Shown piece after piece: positions 39,850-53,355 of a stretch of 64,000 nucleotides of DNA. The stretch comes from Eledone cirrhosa (taxonomy: Eukaryota), in contig OZ024740.1 of NCBI GenBank assembly GCA_964016885.1, forward strand, positions 243,164,001 through 243,228,000, given 5' to 3'. Every line of letters begins with the position of its first letter. Position 1 is the stretch's first letter. A program made the position numbers and the translations under genes. The notes below the pieces were generated by a model. The model was given only the letters and a program-made list of their open reading frames with translations. It was not told the origin of the DNA and made no database searches.

Positions 39850-40831
39850 ATAACATTTTATTATCACTATGCCTGAGCCAGGCCCAGTTTGCAACTAATA
39901 AGGCACTATTCAACCTATCAGAGAAACGTGCCAATGCCAGTTGCCAAATCAACTTTCTAAAACATTGCCTCAAAAACAACCTAATACCCAACACAATCAA
40001 GAACATACACTTACCAAACTGCTTCTACTTACCAAACCTCAGGCAGCCACTAGACTACTTACGCAAATTCTGCATCAAAAAAATCATTCAACTCTTACAC
40101 TACCAACTCCAGCAACACATACAAAACTAATTATAACCCCAGAGTCACTGCTCCAGAAAACAACCACTGCTATAAATCGATGAATCACAACCACCTCAAT
40201 CTTGAGAAGAAATGCCTGAAAAGAAAATTCCTATGGCTTTGCAACAAACACCACTGGAACAACCATTCCTCACACTACAACAACAGAGACAGTCAAGGAA
40301 CTACCAACACTTCAAACCATACCACAACTCTTGTCACAGATTTGACAGGATCGCTATCAGACAAAGAACTTAAACTCCTCAGCCTTGGCTCCAACTTGAT
40401 ATTAACACAGTGACTAGAGAACAGGATGAAACTAAATCTTGAAGCCAGCTTTTGCCGGGCTGCCTACCAACTCAAATGGTTCTCGGTAATAAACACTACT
40501 ACTGCGATGAACAACACTAAATTTCCTATATAACACTTAGACCACCCACTCTCTCCACTGCCTATCAACCGAGAGGTTGACCTCAAACTCTCCAAACTTA
40601 AGCAGTCTATTTTTAGCATATTACTGAAACATAAGAAGGTACTCCCTAACCTCTCCAGGAAAGAACACCCCATTCTAAACAACATGCGAGAGAACGACCT
40701 CGTATACCTCCCTTCCGACAAAGGGAAAGAATTCTGCGTCATCTCGAGAGACACATAGAATAGCTGGGCATATGAGCACCTTAACAATGGTGAACTATAT
40801 AGAGAGGTGACAAACAGCTGCATCCCATGGG
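39850..40831 (+). mobile_element. Penelope-like element, N-terminal fragment, decayed
   Basis: NFLKHCLKNNLIP, DLTGSLSDKELKLLSLG, and PNLSRKE...RENDLVYLPSDKGKEFCVI (PLE DKG motif, ~40700-40740). Confidence 0.75.
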
Positions 40832-43380
40832 AATAGACCCATTCTTTCTAATCCCTGCTTCCATGTTTGGAATTTCTTCTTTAGTTCCGCCATAGATCCA
40901 GCTATAAGTGTAAGATCATCCACATACAGAAGTTGCCATGGGCATCCGGTCTTAAACGCCTCTGTTATAGCCTGCAATATTATTATAAAAGAGGGTTAAT
41001 AACAGAGCCCTGATGGACACTGACCTGTATGCTAAATTCCTCGCTATAATCATTGTTAACCCTAACTTTGCTGACTGCTCCACTATACATGGCTTGTACA
41101 GCTTTCACAAGCCATTCATCTACTCCTAGTTTTCTAAGAGCCCACCAGATTATAGCACGGGGGACTCTGTCAAAGGCTTTTTCCAGATCGACAAATGCCA
41201 GGTAGAGTGGCTTACTTTTAGCTAGGTACTTTTCCCGTAACTGCCTCACAAGGAAGAGAGCATCAGTGGTGCTTTTTCCTGGCACAAACCCAAACTGCAT
41301 CTCATCTAGTTTTACCCGGTCCCTAATCAACTGTGCTATAACTCTTTCCGTTACTTTCATGACTTGGTCCATCAGCTTTAACCTCTATAGTTTCCTCTAT
41401 CTAGTGCATCTCTTTTACTCTTGTAGCAGTTGACAATGATGCTGCTGTTGCTGCGCCAATCCTTTGGTATGACACCCTCTTGTATTACCTGGTTAACAAT
41501 ACGTGTGGTTATAGTGTGACCTACCAACCCAGATGCTTTCAGCATCTCGGCAGCTATACTCGATGAACCGTTTGCCTTCCTCGTCTTCATATCTTTGATT
41601 GCCTTACTACACTGCTGCTGACTTGTATTACTGGTCCCTCTATAGGGTCTACTTGAGGTAGGGTCGCTTTCTCCCATGCATTCTCTGCATTTAGTAATCT
41701 TTCATAATGGCTCTTCGACGCAGCTTTCTTCATGGCACTTGTGAGGGCAAGCTCACCTTTATAATTCCGGACACACTTCTCTCCAATGACATCACAATTT
41801 TCTCTAACACAATGCCTTGCAATCCTGAACACCTCCTGTTTCTGGTCCTCATGCTGCAAAACATACTTTACTTTTCTATCCTTCGCTCTCCTTATAGCTA
41901 AGTATACTTGTCGCCTAGCTTCCTTCCAGGTCTCTATGTAATGTACCCTGCTTCCCCCATTCTTCCATTATTTCCATGCCTGTCTGTTGGCCTTAACTGC
42001 CTCATCTACCTTATTGTTCCACCACCAAGTCACTCTCCTCCTGCCTGTGGTCTTGCTCCAACCACAAATCTCATCCGTTGCCTTTAGTAAGTTATTTTTT
42101 AGGAACTCCCAGTGCTCTTCTATATTGAATGTCTCTAACTGTTCTTCTTTACAGTCATAGGCGTTAAGTAAGATATCCTTAAATCTGTTACTGGCTGAGG
42201 AGTCTTTCAGCTTCCAGATCTTTCTTCTCTAGGTTGCCTTCTGTTTCCAAGTAACTCTAGTTCTGATAATGAGGTTACTGACAACTAAGTTATGTTGGGA
42301 AGTACATTCCTCACCAGGGAAGGCTTTTGTGTTTACAACCATCCATTTATCTCGTCCTCTGATAAGGATAAAAATTTATCTGACTAGAATCCTCCTCTGA
42401 TCTATAGGTTATCAGATGGTTGTCAGGGTTTTTTGAAGTTTGTGTTACATATCGACATGTCATTGGCGTCGCAGAATTCTAGGAGTCTGAAGCCTTCTTC
42501 GTTTCTTGCGCCAAACCCGTAGCCTCCATGGACTCTATAGAAGCTATCTCCTGCAATGATTAAGAAGTCATTGTCGTTTGTTAGAGCAGTAGTGTGCATT
42601 AAGGACTCGTAAAACCTATCCTTAAGTTCATCTGGCAACCCTGATTGGGGTGCATAAGCTGATATGATTGTAGTAATTGTTTTATTCAGGACTAGTCTGA
42701 GTTTAATGATTCTTGCGTTCACCCTGCTCACTGAGATTACCTTATCTACCCATTTCTCAGCTAATAGTATACCCACACCACCCATCCCATTGTCATTTCC
42801 CAACCAGAAGAATATATAGCACTGATTTTTGCCTACAAGCACTCTAGCAGACTCTCCGCTCCATCTAGTCTCTTGCACACAACATACGTCAATTTCGTTT
42901 CGCTCTAGCTTCTCTACGATTTCTCCTGCTCTTCCTTTCATCATGCTTACATTAATGGTGCCAATCCGGAGTTTTGGGCATTCACCATTACTCGTGGGAA
43001 TGGATGGATTTTTCTGCGGGAGAGTGTGTCTGCTTTCTCTCTCTGAATTAAAGCTTTGCATGGGTGCTTGGTACCTCGTGGATTCATACTCATGTATTTA
43101 TTAGGGGTTGTTCCATTATCCTCAGCTCATCCATAGCTAACGTTAAACGGGAATTCTTCCGTGCACAGCTAGCAGTAATGGCAGAATTTGTTGGGGCTGG
43201 TAAGGGCTAGAAGGACTATAGTAATAATGGCAGGATATGTTGGGCCTGGTAATGGGTGAGGACATGTTGCTGTGGTTTGATTGGTTGGAGAGCCTATGGT
43301 GATGTATGGGGGTGGGCAGGAGGGAAATTGTGAGATAGATTGCCAACATGGCGTGGGTACCCAGCAAGGCTTATTTTGAA
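40832..43380 (-). mobile_element. RTE family A LINE, 5' part retained and 3'-truncated after the YVDD motif
   Basis: APE at 42423-43061. RT fragments at 40795-41859 ([15 protein letters not shown]). The sequence stops at GLERMGL, where it abuts the PLE fragment. 5' boundary approximate. Confidence 0.9.
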
Positions 43381-43701
43381 GAGAAAACGGAAATATCTAC
43401 TTTGTGGTGACAAACAAAGGAAAATAATATAATACAACAATGTATACATACATTTTCAAAATGGCAAGGAAAAATACCTGTGGGAACGGAAATAATCTAT
43501 GGACATGAGTTGGAAATCTTTAAAAGTCCATTAAGAGAATTTGAAAAAAACGTCTATCTTCCTAGACATTGAGATGAAAAAGTGAGAGAAAGGGATAGAT
43601 GAGATGGTTTTATAGAGAGTGAAGGGCGATGAGATTGCCAACATGGCGTGGCTGCCCAGCAAGACTTATTTTGATGCTTGAAGCATTGATGAATAGGAAA
43701 C

Positions 43702-44067
43702 ATAAATTTAAATTTTGAAAACCAAAACAATGTGTATGCAGAATGTTAAATTGCCAAGATAACAAAAGAATATTACCTTAGCAAATTTAATGATCCCAAA
43801 TATTTTCAGGTTTAAAAACCCATTATCAAGGGAGTAACCCTATGAGGGACTTAAAAATCAATTGGACAGACTTGCTTGTTTAGAGAGCAGATTTAAAGTC
43901 TATCCGATCGATTTTTAAGTCTCTCATAGGGTTACTCCCTTGCTAATGGGTTTTTAAACCTGAAAATATTTGGGATCATTAAATTTGCTAAGGTAAGATT
44001 CTTTTGTTATCTTGGCAATTTAACATTCTGCATACACATTGTTTTGGTTTTCAAAATTTAAATTTAT
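43702..44067. mobile_element. Fold-back element: ~172-bp inverted arms, ~22-nt spacer, HHR in each arm
   Basis: 43702-43873 is the near-perfect reverse complement of 43896-44067. HHR variant TCCC TTGATAA tGGGTTTttAAACCT GAAA ATAT TT GGGA. Confidence 0.9.
43794..43833 (-). ncRNA. Type-I hammerhead ribozyme, U3-A8 core variant
   Basis: Minus strand: stem I TCCC/GGGA, core TTGATAA, stem II GGGTTT/AAACCT, GAAA, palindromic stem III AATATT. The plus-arm copy at 43936-43975 has TTGCTAA (A6 mutated). Confidence 0.65.
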
Positions 44068-44208
44068 ACATATATATAGAAATCAATAAATTATATAAAT
44101 ACACCAAATTCCATAATAATAAGGATCAATATTTATTATATATTGATATATAATATCCTGTGTGTGTTTATGTGTGTGGATGTGTATATGTGTATGTATA
44201 TATATGTG

Positions 44209-44240
<32 letters not shown>

Positions 44241-44382
44241 TTATTTATACTTATATATACACTATATATAATTATAAACAGGAAAGGTCAGTAATTCATG
44301 ACCACCTTATTACCATATATATATATACACACATATATTTACCCACCCATACACATACATATATATATACACACATCCACAC

Positions 44383-44416
<34 letters not shown>

Positions 44417-45479
44417 GAATGATGTGAGAAATCACAGAAACAATTTTTGCCTGGGCATATTATTTCATATCAATGAGGTAATGGCAAGAGATAGAGGGGG
44501 GGGGGGGGGGGGTGAACAGACAGAAGAACTTTTGACAATAAGAGTTCACAAAAAATATATCATATTGAAATAAGTGAGAATAACCTTGTTGCTATTGTTT
44601 CACAAATCTAAGGTGAGTGTGGAATTGATGCCAAAAATGGAGAACCAGACAGGATACTTTATTTACACTGTCTAAATTTGATGCCTCCCAGTTGCAAGTT
44701 AAAATCTCAGTGGAGTTTGACTACAGATATCATCCTTCTAGAGGGCTGATAAAATGAACACCAGGCATATATACTGAAGTTAACATACTTGAGTTACTTC
44801 ACTAATCTCTCATGTAATGAGCATCATACCTAGGATAAAAAAAAAAGAAGAAATAATATATAAATCAATACATTTCCACAGACTCTTTAACTGCTGCCAA
44901 ACCTCCATAAAATATAAGATAAAGTATAAGACTGATATTTGAAGTCAATAAGACACCAAGTCACAGACAGACTTACACAGATTCTATATTCATTCATTCC
45001 CATCAGTTATCGATTGGACAAATCGAAAGGTCATAATAACACAGAAAAGAGAATAGAAAATGAACGTTATCATTTCAATGCAGAGACGTCACCTTTTCAT
45101 TATTTTATATCTCTACTTAAGATTAGTTGAATACTATGCCCATAGTAATAGTAGTAGTGGTAGTGATGGTCATATTAAAAGAAAGTTTATTTAGCTGGCA
45201 TCAATTGCCTTATGAAAAATTTATATATTTCTCTTAATAAGACATTAATAAATAATAGACATACTGATATTATCATCATTATTTTACATGGAATTTTCAT
45301 TACCAACATGGATTGAACAGATCTCAGGGCTTACAGATTATCATGGACACAGAGCAATAGAGACAACTACCAATATCTATTGCTGCGTATGTCATATTTT
45401 GGATGGCATGCAGTTTATTATGCCACTGACACTAAATAGGTTCTCTAAGGAAAGACAATTTATTCTCCTTTAAATGAGA

Positions 45480-45870
45480 CTCAACACAGCTGGCTTACCA
45501 TACAGCTGGAGCCAGCTGGCCTTAGCTATAGTGATGGTAAGGGTCCTGATGGAATAACCCTCTTCCCATTTGAGGGAGACAAATCTCTAAACCCAGACAT
45601 GATGTTGTGTGACTCAATCTCTGTCTCCAACTTTGTTGCCTCAGCCACAAACACAGGCACTGGCACCCACAACACAGAGGAGAGGTAGATAACTAAATAC
45701 CAGGGCTTGACCAACTGTTTCCTTTTCATGCCACTCTCCATTGAGACCTCAGGTGTCTTGGTCTCTGCACAGTTGATTTCCTTCATAAAATAGGAAAGAC
45801 AGCAGCCTGCCTGAGGAAGGAGCTCCATGAGGTGGGATAAGTGTTGCAGTGAGTATCACAGGCAATTGCC
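45480..45870 (+). mobile_element. Decayed CRE-like RLE non-LTR fragment
   Basis: Plus-strand frame DGKGPDGITLFPFEGDKSL...KYQGLTNCFLFMPLSIETSGVL resembles the CRE-type RPDG...KY...FxPxAxETxG endonuclease region. Confidence 0.6.
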
Positions 45871-46654
45871 TGAGGCAATATCTTTTCCATTTTATGATAA
45901 TATTATAGCCAAGTTTGATGACTTGTAAAAACTGAAACTCTTTTGTTGAAGTGGCCATCAAACATCTGGTTACAGAATCATCTGCTGTGAAAATGGAACT
46001 AATAAAATTACAGCTGAATCTGGTCTAAAGATGATTTACAAACAGTCTTCAATGTAGTTCTGGAAGATATGAAAACTAGTATGTTACTCGTTTCAATATA
46101 TTAGTGCAATATACTACTATGTACCATTGCAATCTGTAATAAAGTTAGTGAAGTTAAAGCATTGTTCAATACTTACAAATAAACACCTAATGGAGTTAAT
46201 TCATACAGCCTTGACAACATATCAGCCAAATTCTATTTATTCTCAACAACTCACTACTAAGATTGAGACCCATCAGACCTCTACTAGCAGTAAATAACAG
46301 CGTTAAAATTGTTGCATTGCTTGTTTATCATAAAAATATAAGACAGTAATTTTGTAAAGTGGTATCTGATTAACTGTCTGTAATTTTATGTATATGATTT
46401 TTTTTTTTACATATTTTTTTTTTGTTTTGACAGGGCAGCTATCTTTGGAATTTGATTGTTTTTTTGTCTTTTTCCTGTTTAGTTTTGTGTGGCAGTCAAA
46501 TTTTATGTAATCAAAATGCAAATTCACATATTTTTCTTAGATGTTCACATTACAGTACTAAATCAGTTGATTTATACATGTACTTTATGATTACTGAAAC
46601 TAAAACAGACAAGCAGAATAAAAAAAACCTACAATACAAGAATATTACTACATT

Positions 46655-47085
46655 ATCATTATCAACATCACAGTTTAATGTTCTTTTTTCTATGCTAGCA
46701 TTAGTTAGACAGGTCAACATAAGTTAGACCTAGTCAGCACTCAGCAAGGCCGGAACTGAACTTTGCTCACATTTGTTCTTACATTTTACAGAGTCTACTG
46801 GGTACCAACACTTGGGAGGTTGCCATGCCTTTGATACAACTGAAGAGTCCTCTCAACACTATATTTGGCAGTTTTTCTACAGCTGGATGCCTTTCCTAAT
46901 GCCACCCACTTTACAGGGTGTACCAGATGCATCTTTTGTAGCACCAATACTAAAGAGGTTATGTTTGTGACATGACAGAATTTTTATCAGCCCATTTGGC
47001 AGTTTCTACAGTGGAATGTCCTTCTTAACACCAACCACTTTACAGAGTGTACTTGGTGTTTTATCATGGCACCAGCACTAAGACG
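46655..47085 (-). repeat. Old RTE-tail-like repeat
   Basis: tttctacagctggatgcctttcctaatgcc, cttcttaacaccaaccactttacagagtg and ttttctatgctagcat. Confidence 0.6.
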
Positions 47086-48874
47086 GTTCTCAGTCATTGA
47101 CTTAACTAGAGAGATCTCTCTACCTTAGTAACTTTGAAATGTTGCTGCAAGCATAAGCATATTGCTCCTATCATTTACACACACACACGTTTAATCACAG
47201 GATATTGTATATCACAGAGGAGATAACAATGGATTGCAACAATGAGACATTGCTCTGTAGAAGACTCATCCAATCCATGGCTGCATGGAAAAATAGCCCT
47301 AAAATTGATGATGATGATGATGATGGTGGTCATAATGGAGGCAGTTCAAGCCTTGGTCAGTGTTTGTAGGTAATAATCAATGTTTATTTATCAAATGCAT
47401 AGATGGCTTCAAAAATTTGGTTGAGGATATGGATAAGTACTATAATGAGTACTTATTATGAAGCGTTAGAGTGTTATTCCATTGGTGAAAATTAGCTACT
47501 ATTCATTGCAGGAGAAATTTCATGTCTATTTTTGTTTTGAAGATGTGCTGCCTTAAATTTATTCATGTGAAGTCTCTATGAGATAACCATCATCCTTTTA
47601 ACATCTGCTGTTGTCAAATATTATTCAGTCTATTCTCTGTTGAGTTTGTGATTATTTGTGAACTACAGAGCTCATGTATATATGTGTGCTTTTATTACTT
47701 TAAAATGTATCTACATTTTCACTATGAGTGTGTGTATGTAAATATATAAGCTTCTTTGAAGTTGAAAGGATAATTAAATATATTTACCTACTAAACCTAA
47801 GATGTTTGCATTACATAGGCAATGCATATATTTGTTTGGGCTTTTTCTACTTATGATACAAAAGAACTGATGTGTGGGTTCACAAATATATATGTGAGTG
47901 TATGTGTCTATCATCAACAGTAAATTAGTGTGAGAAATAATGTGATAGCATGAGAATGCTTTGTTTCATAAAAAAATTCTAATTTTATCATAGTCTAATG
48001 ATTCTGGCAAATATCAATCTTTAGACTTCATTAAGAACTAATTTTAGAAAAATACTTTACTCAATATTTTACTGAAACTCAATAATTTTTATATTCAATT
48101 CTTCTTTGATTTCTAACATATATAATGCTATATATGAGTTTAGAGATTGATTTTTTTCTCACTTATTTTTAACATTTAATAAGTTCTTCATTAAAATAAA
48201 CATTAAAAAAAAAAAAGTCTATATTGATTAGACACAAGTCTGTGCTGGTGTGTAAATTCAGAAGATTTTAGGTACTTGAATTAATCTTCTATCTGTTGAC
48301 TAAGTCATAATATAAGATATACAAATCACAACAAGAACTTATCCCTCATGAAATTGAAAAGTGAGCTATTTCTACTGGAAAGCAAGCTGCCAGATAACTT
48401 AAAGTAACAGTAAACTTAATCTGTTTACTTTTGTTATCACCATAGATAAGGAAATCGCTATGAAATAGTGTAAAGTAATACATACAGATAGATTGATTAT
48501 GTTTTGAGTTGTTATAAAACTTGCTTCTTATTTAATGCATTTAACATTCACATACATAAAACAGGCAGCAATTTTATTGAAATTCTGAAATGTTTAATAT
48601 AAAGCTTTACTCAAAATGACCAAATAGAAAGTTTTTAAAATATTTTTCTCTGTGTTTTGTGGGGTCTTATACAAAATATTTAAGTATATTTTTGGAAAAC
48701 AAATTAAGAGAGGAACAGAAATATTTGAACTATACAATTATAACTGTACTAGGTACATTACAGTATGTTATTCTGCAACTCATAAATCCTATATATGATT
48801 GATTTATTTGCATGTATAGCATTCTTGATACATTCCTAAAAATGTGGAACTAAATGAGTCAATGCAATGCAGCT

Positions 48875-49053
48875 GGCAGTATTGGTAGAGGGTCGGATGC
48901 CATGCTTTGACGCATAGAGTTACAGCCCTTGCCATTCTGAGTTCAAATCCCGCCGAGGTTAACTTTGCCTTTCATCCTTACGGGGTCGATAAAATAAAGT
49001 ACCAGTAATACACTGGGTAATTGCTGGCCTTGTGCCTAACGTAGAAACAATTA
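48875..49053 (+). mobile_element. tRNA-derived SINE, family S1
   Basis: Close match to 25517-25697. Confidence 0.9.
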
Positions 49054-49084
49054 TAGTATAGCATAAATCAAGATACCAGCTTAA

Positions 49085-49315
49085 CCCTTTAGCATTTACA
49101 TTACTCTATGTATACTATTATATTTACTATTATATTTTCATGGTAAAGGCTTACCTTACATAATTATCTCATCTGATATCGAATCTATGAGATTTTGATA
49201 TTATTTATGTTAAGAACAATACCTTAATATCAGTATGAGTGACCGGTTACAGCGGTTTGAACAGAAAGAGGCAAGTTAATTCTGGCCAAATATGGGCGGT
49301 TTAAATGCTAAAGAG
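49085..49315. mobile_element. piggyBac-type MITE with TTAA target duplication
   Basis: TTAA|CCCTTTAGCATTTA ... TAAATGCTAAAGAG|TTAA (TTAA at 49081-49084 and 49316-49319). Confidence 0.8.
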
Positions 49316-49599
49316 TTAATAGAATATCTTACCAGTGACATGGAAGGAATATAATAGACATTGCCATGCCATACAAGTACTTAATAATTTTAGATAACCT
49401 CACACATTGTGATCTACAGTTATAAAAAAAAATAAAAACAAGTTTATTTAATTAAGATCTATTATAATTATGGACTGAGATAAATTAATCAACTTTAAGC
49501 ATGAGTACACAGGTCTACTCACCATTAATTCAGTTGAAAAGCAACAATAAGAAATAGGACAGAAGCGATTGTATCTAAGAAGATGAACATGGCTGTGCT

Positions 49600-50450
49600 T
49601 CATTGTCATACATTAGTTGCTTTTCAAATAATGCATCTTATGTCATGTATGCATTAATGAGTTGTCTCTCATGAAGCAACTCATTGTAGCAGGATATTGT
49701 GTCTGAAAAGCCTTTCTTTGCATTGCTGCTTTTATCTTGATCAGAGTAATTCTCAGTAAACTGGTTCATAATTTCCTTAAACAATGCAGTTACAAAGGAA
49801 TTCTATAATAAGGATTCCTTCAGATATCTTCTGGTTCAATTTGGTTGAGTTGCTGAGCTAACTCATACAGATAAAATGTTATTATGAGACTCTATTAACT
49901 CCTCCAAATCTTCCACACAGACATTTTGCATCCTTCCTTCATTGACTAGTTCAACAATATTTATCTATGACTGCTAGTACCATTTTACCATCAAATTCTA
50001 GGAAGTCATTACATGCTTTGGCCTTTGTGATATGGCAGTTTTTCACTGACAGTTATTTTGGCAATTTGTTTTTTCAAGAAGTTGTATAAATATTCTAACA
50101 TTTCTTGAGGGATGAAAATGTAGGATGACATTCCAGAAAAAAATGATTTCATCTACCTTGAATAAAAGTTGGAAAGGGCAGTTTTTATGCTTATTGATCT
50201 GGGGAAATTTCTTCACTGCCTTGGTATTTGCACTTGTAGCTTCTGTAAACAAGATCTGTAGGCTATGCCAGCCTGTAAATCTTTAAAACCGATATCTGCT
50301 GGCTATGATTGCTTCTATATGATCTTGTTCTTATAAATGCATGTAGATACTCTTTGATTTTGCATTATAAATTAGCTTAGTGGCATATTCTACTGTGTTT
50401 CATCATCCACCCATATAGCAAGCATACCTTCCATTTTATCTAAGTCTTAC
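49600..50450 (-). mobile_element. Possible very old PLE relic
   Basis: Only faint motifs: NVRIFIQLLEK, a YxDD-like remnant near 50400-50430, and a KRxxLxxxCxH-like remnant near 49640-49670. Confidence 0.25.
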
Positions 50451-51396
50451 TCTTTGAACAAGTCACCTTACTGATAACAATAGGATCGTCATGGTAGAAG
50501 ATTTTATTGTCAGCATTTTTCTAATACCTGAAAAGGCTACATATGCTTGATAGTTGCCAGCTTCCAATGGTTTTGGCGCTTGCAATTTTATATCCAGTGG
50601 GATGTTTTTCAGCACTTGGAGTCATTGGCTGGTTTCCATTCAAGATGGATGAGCAATTCTGGGAACAATTCAGGTATATGTGGGAGTATGTGTGAATGTA
50701 AATTATAGTTTCTTGCATATGAGTATACAATTATTATAATGTTGTAGTGTTGTCCCACAAAAAGTGTTATAGTGAATCAGTGCTCAACAGGGTAGCACTA
50801 AGCAGGGTATATTGTGTGTGAGTGGTCAATATACTCTTTTATGTTTATTATAAGGTTTAAATCCATATAAAGATAATTTTTATGTTTATTTTGCAGTTTA
50901 AATTAATGCAAAGAAAATGTTGCTTTTCAATCTGCTAAGGTTAATAAAGAATGTAGCAATAATATATTACAGTTTATTTAATTCACTATTACTTCTACCT
51001 GTACAATGGACTGAAGTAACAATTGAAAAGTCAATAGCCTTCTTAGGAGAATAAAAGGAAACATCATTCCTATATATTGTTTGTTTGACCTTGCTTTGAA
51101 TAGGTAAACATCTTTTAGAAAATATTTAGAAGAAATTCAGTAAAATGGTTTTAGCATTAAAGAAAACTGCAATATGAGTGTAGATGGATAATAAAGCACA
51201 GGATTTAATTATGATATATTTCCATCAAATATCCAGTAGTAAAAAAACTGTACAACAAACATGGTAATAACGAAACAAAAAAGTGAGGAAAATAAGAAAA
51301 AGAGTAAGCAAAAAGGGAACTAAGCAATAAAAGAAAAGGAGAAGGGTAGGGAGCAACAGGCTCTATACTACAATCTGAGCAGTGTTGCAGCTACAG

Positions 51397-51550
51397 CATC
51401 ATCATCATCGTTTAACGTCTATCTTCCACGCTAGCATGCGTTAGACGGGAATTGTCCCACTTGAGGCAAGATTAGTCGGATGACCGTGTCTCGCTCGTAT
51501 AGGACTGTCTGGCAGGTTTTCTATGGCTGGATGCCCTTCCTAACACCAAC
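51397..51550 (-). repeat. Solo RTE family B tail
   Basis: (CAT)n plus the reverse complement of 15640-15790. Confidence 0.85.
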
Positions 51551-51569
51551 AACCTGCAGATAAAATGAC

Positions 51570-51930
51570 AAAGGTATTGCCACTCCACCTCACAGGGCTC
51601 CTTCCACAAGCAGGCTACTGTCTTTCCAATTTTATGAAGGAAATCTGCAATGTGGTGACCAAGGACACCTAAGGTCTCTACAATGAGCAGTATGGAAAGG
51701 AAACGATCAGTCAACCCCAGTATTTAATCATCTTCCTCTCCTCTGTGTTACAGGTGACAATGCCTGGGTTTGCAGGAAAGTGATATCTAGGGTACCCAGT
51801 TATCATGTATGTAACTATAGAAAGGCCAAGCAAGAGTTTTGGCGACGGAGAAGCTATGTACTGGCAGGGCAGACACATAAATTAGGCTGCTTCTCAGTCC
51901 ACCATGTGGGTGTGCCAGTAGCAGAAAGTT
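51570..51930 (-). mobile_element. Decayed CRE-like RLE fragment
   Basis: LLIVETLGVLGHHIADFLHKIGKTVACLWKEPCE, with an upstream KTLAWP remnant. Confidence 0.5.
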
Positions 51931-52139
51931 GTAAACGAGAGTGTTACAAGCAGGTGGAATGTACCAATGCACTACTGCACATGAAATCACAAATCACATA
52001 TATGTGAGAAAGAGAAAGTGTCCACAAATTTGTATATAACTTTGATGTAAATATATCGAGATTAAACCAAAGCCAACCACGAACTCAAACATAACCTATA
52101 CACCTACAATCAACCCCCAATCACCAAACTCAGACTGCT

Positions 52140-52920
52140 GAAGGAAAATATATACCATGTCCTAACTATGACTCTGCCCCCAGTAAACCAGCCACTAACC
52201 TGTACCAAATACTTATATGGGGATGATAACATCATTGGGCTGCAGCTCTCATATTATGTAGTTTCTATATAGTAATAATCTACAGTAACTACAACCCCAT
52301 TGGCATGAAACCTATACATAATCAGTACAACACTTAAGAACTATCACCAACCCAAAACACTAACAGAACCATAAGTGTTAAGGTAAAAAACAAAGAAAGA
52401 CATCTAGACAATCTAAGAATAAAGGAAGCATTACTATTAGCCAGAACATACCCACAAATCAATAATACACACAATACCTAACATAGAATTAGGCATACAG
52501 CACCTAACTTAGAAGACCACTGGACTTCACACATAATATACAAAATCCACATATATATTTGTATACAGCTATGTCGAAGCTAAATTCTAATTCTATAAGT
52601 TGAGCCAACATATACAGCTTTGGATGCAAATGAGGCTAATCAGCCATTTGTACAGATGAAAAAAAAAACGATATATTTTTGCCTGTTTCAAAGTCCAGTA
52701 GCAGCAAGAGGAAAGGAACATCTTGATGAGAACCATTAAGTTCAAAATGCATCAACAGTTATCTCCCTTGTTTCTGCTGGATGCTGCTCGCCGGCGCTGA
52801 CCACCAATGTTCTATTCATAGCTGTGGCTTTCAAAATGTTTATTTATAAACATACCGTATATCTTTAGATATACAAAATTCACATACATGTATACAGCTA
52901 TGTTGAAGATAAATTCTAAA
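52140..52920 (+). mobile_element. Penelope-like 3' fragment: decayed GIY-YIG end plus partial tandem pseudo-LTR with degenerate HHR
   Basis: KERHLDNLRIKEALLLARTYPQINN (~52392-52467). Direct repeat 52538-52590 / 52869-52919. TTGATGA GAAC cattaa GTTC AAAA TGCA TC at 52723-52753. Confidence 0.6.
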
Positions 52921-53078
52921 TATATATATATATATAAGAATTAAAATGCTAGAGTGCGTTGGAGTAAAACACACTCATCATATTATAGAAATGACAGTAT
53001 AGGATATAGCTCAATGTAATACAACAGAGCCGAAAAATTATAAAAATAGACAAAGAAGCCTTCAATACATCAAAAATC

Positions 53079-53133
53079 TTTATTAGCCTACAATGTTTCG
53101 TCCCATTAATAAGGACTCATCAGAGCAATTAAA
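53079..53133 (-). ncRNA. Type-I hammerhead ribozyme (left arm)
   Basis: Minus strand: attGCT CTGATGA GTCCT tattaat GGGAC GAAA CATTG TA GGCtaat. Confidence 0.85.
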
Positions 53134-53300
53134 CAGATAAGAAGCATTAACGGCCAGAACAAGCTAAAACTCAGAAGAATAGGGAATTCATATCTAGGAA
53201 AGCTTATGAGAGATATGAAGGAAAAGCATGCTAAAGCTAAAAGTTTGCAGTTACAAAAATAGAGTTTTGGCTTGTTCTGGCCGTTAATGCTTCTTATCTG

Positions 53301-53355
53301 TTTAATTGCCCTGATGAGTTCTTATTAATGGGACGAAACATTGTAGGCTAATAAA
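53301..53355 (+). ncRNA. Type-I hammerhead ribozyme (right arm)
   Basis: GCC CTGATGA(53311) GTTCT tattaat GGGAC GAAA(53335) CATTG TA GGC. Predicted cleavage after GUA at 53345. Confidence 0.85.

Noticed and set aside
43337-43675. ~40-bp direct repeat (gattgccaacatggcgtgg...cttattttga) as an LTR pair
   Set aside because: Too short, with no TG...CA ends or primer-binding site. More likely repeats in the RTE 5' UTR region.
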